DNA of 64,000 nucleotides, taken from assembly GCA_002633005.1 (NCBI GenBank), contig NMRA01000397.1:29722-93721 (forward strand), in the 5' to 3' direction. Of the stretch, positions 1 through 12,000 are shown piece after piece (position 1 is the stretch's first letter; the number at the start of each line of letters is the position of its first letter). Both the position numbers and the translations under genes were made by a program. Under the pieces are notes generated by a model, which saw nothing but the letters and a program-made list of their open reading frames with translations, made no database searches and had not been told where the DNA came from. This DNA comes from Phoronis australis. Lineage: Eukaryota; Animalia; Phoronida.

Positions 1-30
1 GTTGAGCTGACAAAATCATCAACTTCTGAC
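1..30 (-). CDS. RPP40: RPP40 exon 7 (partial, runs off window)
   Basis: tttcag acceptor ending at 31; phase-2 join gives W-SEVDDFVSS, matching the RPP40 'NNFIST' block. Confidence 0.75.
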
Positions 31-3000
31 CTGAAATGCGTACAATATCCAAAGATAAAATATGATTACAGAAACTTCCAATGGAGAACTATCACAGTTT
101 AGCACATGGCATCCACAAAAGCCACACACTTCTCAAACTTGAGACTTCTATATTTAGAAGAACTTGACAATTTGCTATAATTACTTAGGTTTGCATTCGA
201 GTCAGCCCATCCATATAGGCCATCTTAATATTTAAGCAATGAAAGGAACATGCTTGGTAGCAGATGGAGTGACTGCTACAAGATCCTAAGTTTTGTGGCT
301 TTAAAAATCTTGCATTCAATCAGTTGAACAACTATTACATATCAGACTATATTACAAAAGAAACTATCTAAGTGTCAAATTGCCAATGGAGCCTGGAAGA
401 TTCGATACAGTTTACAGACTGGTATACAATGGTTGGTCATGGCAATGTGTCTCTAGCAATTTTACACTTAGGTTCACCTGAGTGGCAAAACACCTTTTGA
501 GTAGAGAATAATGAGTTTTAGCCAGACAGACATGCTACTTTTGTTGAGGTAATTTTCACTAGTCGAATTGCTTTTACAATGAAAATTGTTGTCAAAATAC
601 CATTACTCACAATGTATTAAAAGGAGAATGCCACCCAAGAAACAACCTATTTTGTATCAAATTAGATCGAGTAGTTCCACTCGATAACAGCAAGAACAGC
701 TGTGTTACCTAACACCTGATGGCAGACGGAAGTGTTGAAATTAACCAATGACGTCACAGGTTCGAATGCAGTTTGTTCAGCAGTTCATAACATACTTACT
801 GGTGTCAGTTTTTCGCTTGAATTCACAGTTTTACACCAATAAATCAGCAAAATTCAATGTAAAACCCTTACAAATACATTGAGTTATTGAACAGACGTGT
901 TGTTTTATTTCCCTGTTACTGATTTTTAGGTAGGCCAATAAAAGTCGGTCGTGGGAGTTTGGGGTTTGTTCAGTGATAAATTCAAATTATTCTTCCGTGA
1001 AATAATTTTAGACCTGCGATTTCTTTCAGTTCTAAACACAAAACACTTGCTATCCCGGCCAGAGGCTCGGAACCCGATCAGGCCCATCGCGGCCAGAAGA
1101 CATCACGAACATAAACCAGCCAAAGTTGGAAACTAAACTTCCATTATGAAAAGACTATACTAGGGACCCAAAGAAATAATGTGCACCTGATTGTTTTGGT
1201 GAACTATTCGCAAAACTGCATATCTTACTAGCTCATCTGGGGCCTCGAAGTCAGGTTACCCTTCCACAGAACCGTCCGGACAAAAGTTGTACAGTAACAT
1301 TGATTCGAATGATGTACATGAATATCTAAATAAAGATTCCCCTAACATCTGACCATAGGATATAAAATCGAGTTAATGTTTCACAGCAGCTTTCTGTCAG
1401 CAAACACTGAATTAGCATGCGCTCACATGGCCTCAGTGCCCAGTTAATTAGCTTTATTGCATCTAAACCCAGTAACGCAGTGATTTATTCATTGGTGGCT
1501 TCTAAAAAATTTGCACCCACGTACACTCCAAGGCACTACGTTGCATCTAATGAGAAGACTTTGTTTCAGTTTTGCATGAGCATGCATTAGTTAGGGTGAG
1601 AATACTTCATTTAGAAACAGAACACATAATGACATACGGCAACGTGGCAACCCGAAATCCCGACTTAGATGAGTGCTCATTACGAGGACTTTAGAGGCCA
1701 TCAGTTCAAACCAGAATACAGTGACCATGAAGTACTAAAAAGGCTCCGTGAACGTGCGCAGACAAAAGAACACATGGATAGGTCAGAAAACCGTTTAAAT
1801 GACTTGTCATGGTGTCACGATAATAGAAACGGCTGATGCTTGCGTTTGCTGCCATGAAATTCTGCAAGTGAACGCTTTCTTGGAGAAGAGCAGATGTGTC
1901 TCATGGACCATCCTGATTTTGCACCACATCTAAACAGAGATGTGCTTATGGCATTTTTTTAGGCCGCTGAGAAAAAGAACTGGCGAAAACATCCTACACC
2001 CAGAGGACCAAACAGAAGCCTGACGAACAAGTCAGTCATAAAACAGGTTATTCAAAACATCATGTTCTTACGCCTTGAATTAATTGTATGTTTTCATGGC
2101 CAACTACAATTATCCACAATCAAAAACTAATCAACAACTCATCCGCATTTCTATGTCTCCTGCCTGTCGAACGCAGACACACCAGGCACAACATCTGACT
2201 TCAGCCGCAATCTCTTTTTCTGCTCTGGTATGAGCTCTTAATTTGGTAAAGCGGCATTCGATCGTCAGTGAAATCACTGTCAGCGAAATGCCGGCCACTG
2301 ACAGACACGAAGAAGTTTCATGGCCTTATACTTGGCATTGATGGCGTACTTTTAATTCTTCACTACCACGAGCCACTTCCGAAGCATTATGGGCTCTCAA
2401 GGAAATCGAAAAAACAATGTACCCGCTTTCCTCACAGCTTCCTAGTTTGCACAAGCGGGAACGATACACCATAGCGGCATTCACGCTGCAGAAGAACCAC
2501 TGACGTCGCCTCGTCGTTTCTCATCTTTCTCACGGGTGAATGCGAAACCTCTCGGCGAGGTAAGATCGACCGTATACAAGGTGATGTGGATATAGACCGA
2601 TTAAGACAGTAAAAAAAGACTAATTAAATCGGGTGGCATTCTCTTTAATGTGCAATGGCCTCCTTTTTCAATACACCAGTCTCTTAATAAACTTAACAAA
2701 ATGCAACCAAAACTGTAAAGGAAAGCTGTATGCCTTACTTTATTATTGCAACTGCAGTTCTTCAGTCTCCAAACAAAAGAAATAGATTATGAAATAAACA
2801 TAGTCCTGGTTTGTACCCCTCCCACACCAATTTTATTGGAACAACCCCCATAAGTTGTCTGAAAATTCTTGGTTTGAGGTTTGGAAATATCACAGTAAGA
2901 TTGCCAAGTTGATGACAGAATAAACATGTTCCTGCTCAACGTAGTTATCACAACTTTATCTACCTCAGAGAAAGAATACTGTAGTCAATTCATCTACAGA

Positions 3001-6000
3001 ATGAACAGACAACGTTTTCTTACCATGTTACATCAGAAGCCACACCCCCTACCCACTCATAGAACTCATTATACGAGCATGTGTCTCCACTATCGTCAGC
3101 GTCGCTGCAGATGACGTGAGGAACTTTTCGATTACTGGAGGTGAAAGTAGTTGAGTTATTTTTCCTGACTGACTCGTAGCCTTTACACGCCAGGTACACA
3201 GCTAGAGAACTGGAACAGATTGTGTCATCTGGAACATCATGGTAGAAATATAAGAGTGCTTTGTGGCAACACAGCAGATTGGCAACATACAGTGTGCTAT
3301 GAAAGTGGAGAAATATGTGATCAACACTAACATATGTCTTACCGTGGGGTATCCAGTTGCAGATCATATTGAACTTGAGTATGCACCTTGCGAGACACGA
3401 TTTCACCCGCTCATAGTTGCTTTTACCCGGGACGAAATATGAAGCTGTCATGTCCAAAGTGACTACTGAAAAAGCATGAATCATTAGTTTGTTATGTAAT
3501 AATTCGCAAGCAATGATGTGCTTTCTGTCACACACAAATTATTTTGTGATTAACAATAACTGCAAAATACACACCATGTGCGTTAAAATTGTTTATCAAA
3601 ACACCCTCACAAGACATTTAAAAGCTTTTATAACAAGAGCAACGCAAAGTGCTGACATGCTCCCACAGTGCACCGCAAGTGGTATCGTTCTAGGGATGCT
3701 TATTACTTTCATGCACAGAACAAGTAGCCAAAAAATTGACCACGAGGGGTAACTGCAACAGCAAGAATTGTCAAAAAGTGTTGGTACCTTCCCTTTTAAA
3801 ACAAATGTAAAAGCAAAAAGATTAAAAAATGAACAGTAACGTCTTACAATGGAACCACAAGAAAGTAGCCAAAATATCTACTTTGTTATTCAAAATACCT
3901 TTTCTTTATTTACAATTCAAATGTGTTTCTTCAGCCAAAAGAGAATATCATGATGCTAGTTAATGAATTTCAACTGAGACATAGAATAGTAATATATTGT
4001 AGCTGTATTATCGAAACTACTCGCAATCTTAAAACCTGGGCTAAAGAACATTTAAGTACTGACAATAGTTCTCACATTAACAACCACTTGCGAAGATCCA
4101 GTCCCTGTTATGCTGAAAGCACATTCAGCAAATGGCCATTCTGGATCAGACTGAAAAAACTACGGAACTTAAAATACGCGAGTCATTTCATATCAGCTGG
4201 CTCAGGCCTTAACTATTAAGCACCTGGCATACAGCAGGTTGTCACTGGTTTTATGAATTGTCATTGATGTTTTGTTGCTATAATGCGTGCTGACAGCTCT
4301 ACTGTACACTGTGTGGGTCAAGATTGTTAGATGGCCTAGAATAGTTTAAGAAATTAAATGAAAATTTCCCATTTGCACAATGTTGTCAGCGAGTTATAGG
4401 TTACCACAAGTACATGAAAGCGTATTTTTTAAGAAAATATAAAAAATATAGAGGTATGTTTCAAACTGACTGTACTTCGGGAGCAAGTTTTCTGTTATAC
4501 AGAATTTGTTGAATTCATTAGTCATTCTTTGCAGTATTTCACACCCGCCGTGTCTCACTGTGTGTGTCGTCAGCTTATACTCTGTGGTGGCATTACTGCG
4601 TCATTTTATCTTCACTTGAGAATGAAACAAGTATGTTTCGAAATATCATGTATCTTTTAATTATGTTGCTAGGTCAGTTACTGTATCTATGTTCAGTAGA
4701 GAGTAGAGTTTTGTTCAGAAAGTATGAACGCAACGGAATAAAGACCGTGAAAAATGAAAAGTGTCGTGCATTCAACAAATTCTGTATGTTTCAAAGGGTA
4801 CTTATCAACATCTTGTATGGTACAAGGAGACTACACATTGTCCACTAGGGCTCCTGGAATTGTCATAACTTGACAAAAATGTGATGGAACCTTATCTTTT
4901 AAAAGTAACACCAAAGTAAAAAGTTCAAGTTGATAAAAAATGAAGTTTTAAACATTTTACGGCAATGAAGAAATGAAACATGCCACAAAAGGGCACAGCA
5001 GTAGGCAATCAAAAACTACCAGGTTCAGTCTACCAGCATTTCTTTTCATAAAAAACTTAAGTTTGTCCTTTTAACATGATACATTTTTCTGGACAAAATG
5101 AGAGCAGTTGACATGTGCATGGGTATAATTGATCTTCGTAATTTTGGGAGGTGAGGAGGCTGCATGTTTGTCAAATCTTCTTTCACAAGCTACTACAAAT
5201 TTTAAATGCTCCTGGTTTTCACAACAGAATTCCAATTGAAGAAGACCGTACAAGCCTGGTGAACAGACCTGCATCCATTCTTGAAAATATTTTACAGGGG
5301 TCTGCTTTATGAAAAGTGTCACTTAAGAATTGGATACAGAAATTTACTTCACAGAACGATTTCTGAAAAATTATTAAATCTTATTTGAGCAGAAGTGCAA
5401 AGTCTGCGAGACTGTACAGACAACTGATAGTTACTGAGATAGTGTCTGAAAATTATTGCTAGACTGTGATGCACTCATAATCACTTGGCTTAACATTTAC
5501 TCAGCCATTTTGGAGTGGGAGTGTGAGACTAAATTTCTGTCTTAAGTTTTAGGTCACTTTCATGAAACGGACCACTGGTCATACAACTTTGTCTGTCATT
5601 TTTTTTCTTTTACAAATCAATGTTTCATATAGACACTTAACCCAGAAACTCACCTTGAACGTTATGCTCGCAGGAACACACAACGTGTTTCACTCGACGA
5701 CAAATGGTCAGTTAAAACATTGGTTTAAAAAATACGATATCAGGCTCAAACTAATAGCATGACGATAACTATTTCTATCAACCACTCAGTCATTCATCAC
5801 AAACAACATTATGTGAACAATAGCAACTCAGAGCGTTGAAATGCGCCCACAAATGCATTGCAAACCGTGTATTTCTAGAGTTGTTTATTTGTATCATAAA
5901 CATAGCTCCTAGATGGTGCAAAACGTCTGAAAACAGAACATGCCACCGCTTCTTTAATAGAAAAAAATAGAATTTCAGAGAAACACAGGAAAACAAAAAT

Positions 6001-9000
6001 AAGAAATTGCCACAAGGGGCACAGCGTCCGCCTGAAAGTTGTCGTCTATTGTTAGCTTCACGTAAATACAATTACTAAGTTTGATAAAGATCCTGCAGTG
6101 GGTTTAGAAGATACAGCCATGAGTGCAATACAAAACTACCAATTGGGGGCGCCACAGTATTCAAAGTAGTCATCGTTAAACGTCCTCATCACTCGGAGAA
6201 CATATACGCCAATTTTCAAAATCATCTTTAGAATGGTTTGGATGATAGAGAGGTGGACGCCAAAAGCCTGACATGGAAACCATTTACTACGTAAGCCAAC
6301 GCTGCGTGCATTATCTTACTCATATCAGGAAGAGATAACCAGGAAGGGACAACTGTTTTAGCGCATTTTAACGTGATTTCAAACGTGATTTCAAAAGTAA
6401 ATGTTCAAGTTATCTGGAAGCCAAGCATTNCATGGTGGCTCGCGATTTCTGGTTCCGGCAGTAGGCTATCGCGTTTCTGAATCAGTGTAAGTGTTAGCCT
6501 ACTGAACAACTGTTGTAAATGCTGACTCAGATCAATCCCCCAAACTGTGAATCTAACCTGGACCAGTCATGTACGCCTGTACGGTTGTACTTGTATAAAA
6601 GGTGAGTTAAAAGGGGTCTGAAAGTAAATTGGTGATTTTCTACACCTCACTAACACTGACTGTGTCTGTGGCTGTGGCCGCTTGAAATTCGACTTCAGTT
6701 CCAGAGTTCAGTCTTTTCATACCTAACTACTTTGGAAACCAATTGGACATAATGGTCCCTAGTTTTGAGAATGAGGCTATCAATATGTTGTAATAACTTC
6801 AGTGCAGGTTCATTACTGTAGTTATACCTCACGAAGTCAGACTGAACATTAGATGATTAGTGAATAGTGTTGGCCAGGTGGAACACAACAGTGACAGCAA
6901 ATGTCCAGACTTGACAAGGCGAATACACATGTTGTTGGTCACTTTATACTAGGGAAAAATGGGAAACGAACAACAGGACTAGGACATGGTCGAATAAAAT
7001 TGATGAATGTAACAACTGAATAACATACATATTATTCAGTGGATTAGACAGTGACCACCATCTCTAACTGGCCACAGCATAGACAATGGCCATCGTCTGT
7101 GCTGGTGCAGCTAGCAGAGACGATGCAGCTCCTACAGGAGCTTCATACGCCAGAAGCTTTTTGGCGAATTATGCCTCGCACTGACTATAACATCAAATTC
7201 ATGTTGTTATAAATACATTTTGTGCATAGAGGGACACCTTAGGAGGTCATCGATGTATTTAATTCCTTCCAACTCGAACAAAGATCCTGTGAGGGGTTTA
7301 GGAGATACAGCTGCGGACGCTGGACGCACAGACAGAGACGACGGCAATGTATGCTACCACATGTGGGCGCATGATAAAAGTGCTTGTGAAACCATTTCCT
7401 CGTGATTTGACAAACGTGAGCCTTCCTGTATATTGCAACAGTGATAAGTAGGAATACACCAAAACGAAAAATAATTAGGTTATATCATTTTGAAGTTAAT
7501 TTAGCTCCACAGACTGTGACATGTCAAAAAGTTCCAATAACAGATAACTGTAACGGGACTGACTATCCTACTTTGTGCAAAATAAATCAATCATTTATCA
7601 ATATCCAATCAGATAGTAAATACTGGAGTCACAATTTCAAAACATATTCCTGTTGAGTCTTACCATATTTACCAGCTTGTTTTTTGACAGCATAGAGTGA
7701 TTTTTTTCCTTCCAGTCCTAAACTTTCATAAGTGTCTTTGGTCAGATGAAGAATTAAGTGACCTTTAATTAAGAATAAGATAATAAATGCTACAACACAC
7801 GATGAGAAAGCTACAAAAATCAATTTCAAACATTGATTTTCCAGAGCACATATTTACTTTCCTAACAAGAGCAACGCAGAGTTTTGAAATGCACCCACAA
7901 AAGCATCGAAAATGACGTGCTTTTAGGGTTATTTATTTGTATCATAAAAATGGCAACTAGATGGCGCAAAAATGTACAATCCATCCAAAACTTTGTCAAT
8001 GAACTACAGAGAAACAAAGGAAAGCAGAGTAAAATGAAAGTGCCATGGGCACAGCGTCCGTTGGATCCGCCTGAAAATCGTCGTCTGTTGTTATATATTC
8101 ATAAAAATACACTTTAGTTACTAAATTTAACAAAGATCCTGCAGTGGGTTTAGGAGATACAGCTATGGGTGCAAAACAAAACAAAACTACCACAAGGAGG
8201 CGCCACAGTAGTCAGTCGCCATCATCGAATGTCCTCTTCACACTGAAAACATATACGCCAATTTTCAAAACCATCTCTAGAACGATTTGATTAATAGAGA
8301 GGTGGACGCAAAAAAACAGTGGCATAAACTACGTTGAATTCATCCGAAAATGAAAGGATAGCATTATCTCACCAATAGATGCTTATATTCAAAATTACAT
8401 GAAAATCTGTTGAGGACCTTTGATGATACAGACTGGTAAACATAAAAAATAAAATTGCCAATAGGGTGCACACCAGTAGTCAGATCCATCCAAAAGTCGT
8501 CCTACATTGTTAGCATCATATAAATAAACTTAATAAATTTAGTAAAGATCCTGCGAACGGCTTAGGAGATACAGCCATAGGTGCAAAAAAAACAAAACTG
8601 CCACTATTAGGCGCCACAGTAGTCGAAGTCGTCTGAAAATCATCGTCAGCTGTCAAATTCATAGAAAAAACATACATGTCAATTTTCACAATCATCCTTT
8701 GAGCAGTTTGGTTGATGGATGAGTGGACTCGAAAACAGTAAAAATGGCTATAAAAATGTTTGCATTATTTCTAAGATGAATTGTTTGATTAACCATAATT
8801 GGTGTTTTTAAGCCAAATATCCGATAAAATGACCACTGATAGAGAATGCTTACACATCCTTACACCGAAAAATAACTGTCAGATAGTCACGTACGTCGCA
8901 TCCAGCCACACGGCGACTAATATGGTCTTACCGAGACAAATTTCGAACGTTTTTAGCACATGAGACCGACCAGTGCTTAATGAAACACACTCTGGTTTAG

Positions 9001-12000
9001 GTCTACTGCTTGTGCAAATTTCTTTAGATACAATGAACATCTAGTTCGTTAGATTGCGTGGCTCTGGCCAAAAGACGGTATCTGTTCTGGCAAATGAACA
9101 CTGGTGAGACCCACGAGCACACTTACTCACAAACGCAGACAACTTCAAAACAAACGTCACGTGACAACAACATGTGTGTTCGTCCAGACGTTTTTCTCAT
9201 GTTACCGATCATACATGTAGATGGCACGATGTACTAGCACAGATTTGTACTTCAACTATTAAATGTAACCATGAAAACAATATTCTTCCCCTTTGTGACT
9301 CAAGTCAGAAACATAGAAAATAAAAATGCAATTAGGGGCACAGTGTGATTCGGATCAGTCCAAAACACATTATCATTCATCATTAGATTCCTAGGAAAAC
9401 ATCTGCCAAATCTCATTGTGCAAAGGTTTAGGCGATACAGCAGCAGATGCCAGATACCCAGACAGGGATGACGGCAATATGCACCCATTATGCGAGTGTG
9501 TGCACTACTTGGCAAGACTATGAATGGAGAATTGTGTGTAAATAATGCTTACCAGTTGGTAGCACCGCTAAGCAGTCATGTTCATCAATGTGAGTATCAT
9601 AAGACACCATGGACAGGCGACCTGGTAACAGAATGACAGTACATTAAATGCCAATGACAAAACCCACCCCCAGGTAACCACCCTGAAATCACAACTGCTG
9701 AAAACTAGCTAACTAGAGATTTATCATGATTTTGTTACACAAAGTAAAAATTTACGGGTGAAGAAAGTGATCTCTTATGATTGACCTATACCAAAATCTA
9801 ATCTGGAAACCTCATGCTCGCAGTGTAACGCTATGCAGGCAGAGTTGATTTCCACACGATAAAAAAAGAGAATTTTAAGCATATTCTTAGTCATGGGCCT
9901 TGATTTCAGCCAATGTCTGGCAGCCAACGCTGAAAATTCATAAAATAAAAACAATGGATTCCGTTGTTTATAGCTCTGGTCAAAGCTAATAAGAAGTCAA
10001 CCCTATTCACCAATTATCCAAAAATGCATTTTTCAGCTCTCAAACTCGTTGCACATTCAGGTTTTTAAACTCAATGCAAGTGAGCCAAACTCGTCACGGC
10101 AAAATGCAAATTTGATGCAGTGACGAGTCAAGACAGGTTGTGCAGGACACTGCAACTATGGTTTTCTTGCTTCATCTTCTATCCAGGTTGAGTAAAATGC
10201 CTGTTATTTTCTGAAAGCTCATGAACACACTTAGCGCGTAAGTCAGAAATTACAATACCTGTTAATAAAGACGACAATGGATTTAAACCGGCTTGACCTG
10301 TTTCAGCGTTTATTAAAACACCATCCTCAGAAGAAAAAACAGTGGCCACCTTGCTAGACCCAATAACAAGAAATGATACACAGACACACTTACAGGGGAG
10401 TAACAATAGACTAACGATGACAACCAGTGGTGTGCCAGTTGGCTATTGAGACTGGGCTTACACCAATTAATATGAAGAGCCTCACGAATTTTCAGCTCCT
10501 TTGCCTTTTCTGCTTGGCCTATTATAGCAGTCATTGAAAGAGCATTGCTCATAACAATGACTGGAGCTCTGCAGATGAATATTAATACATGAACTTCCGT
10601 CAGAATTTAGATGTCACCTGGTTTGGGTTTTCAAATGGCGAACAGATTTGTCTATATAACTGGAGCCACATCCAGCACAGTTAAATTTGTATACTACCCT
10701 GGACTGTAGACCCATATGAATTTTGGCCTTAGGGTTAAATAAATTCGAGTTTTAGAGACCTGAATGTTAATACAACTCTTAAGTTAACACCGTAACCATT
10801 CACCAATTTTTTGAGTTTTCGTTGAGCAATCTTGGTGTAAAATCCAACATAGGGTATTTTAGAGTTAGAAGTTAGTTTTGTCCACAGGACAAATATCATA
10901 AGGGTGACGTTGCAGTCTTGCTTTCAGTACCCTATTGGCTAGTTCAAACGGATAGCCATTCTTTTGAAAATTTGATGTAAATTCTTTAACATCAGAATCA
11001 AATTTAGCCCAAGTGTTGTTAATGCGATATACCCTGTCTATTAGAGTTTTAATGAGACTCGCCTTGTAAACAAAGGATGTGAAGCTATGGAAACAAGTAT
11101 ACAGTCCTGTGTAGGTCTTCTTACGAAATACTGTTACCACTGAGGTATCCTCATGTTCAACTAACACATCCAAAAATGCCAATACGTTGTCAACCTAGCT
11201 CTTATTCTATGCTGAATTTCAAGTTAGGATGCCTCAAGTTTAAAATTACCAAAAATTGACTGTGTCTGTGTATCATTACTTGTTGTTGGGCCTAGCACGG
11301 TAGGCACTGTTTATTAAGAGGATGATGTTTTAATAAACGCCAAAACATGCCAAGCCCGTTTAAATGCATCGTTGATTTTATTAACTAATGCTGCTACTTG
11401 CTATTATTGAGAATTACAATACCTCTTTGAACAAATGCTTCTGTAAACTGGGGATCAATCAGATCACTGACTGACAACTGTGATACTTTAAAGTATGGTT
11501 CCAACTTGACACAACTACTCAGCTGTGAGGGTAGACAGTCAATGCCAGGAATCAGAACATCCAACTATTAAACAAATGCAAAGCCAAACATTGAAATTTG
11601 CCTACAACAGCACTGCAAACGGTGTGGTTTTATGGTGTTTTTAGTATCACAAAAATGGCCATAAGATGGAGTAGAATATGTCAAATCTGTAAGAATTTAG
11701 AAGAAGGTGCCATCTCTGTAATACACAACTATTTTCTTAATTTCATGAAACTAAGCCAAGGAATTCCTAAGATTTAGAGGTAAACGTAAAAAAACAATTA
11801 ACACTAGGGGACACAGCTATAGTCTTGATTGGTTGAAAATTATCATCATCTGTTGCCATGTCTATAGGAGCCCATCTGCTATATTTCGCAAAATTCCTTC
11901 AAAGGGTTAAAAAGATACAGCCGTAGACGCAAAAAAAGCAACAATGCCTCTAAGGAGTGCAAGAGTAGTTGAAAACATCTCGAAAGCGTCTACTAACACA

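Larger units (their letters stand above)
621..2644. mobile_element. Internally deleted Kolobok-type DNA transposon in RPP40 intron 6
   Basis: Termini ttaa|aaggagaatgccaccc and gggtggcattctct|ttaa form a ~14-bp TIR with TTAA flanks. Contains decayed KolX-like and THAP coding pieces in convergent orientation. Confidence 0.8.
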
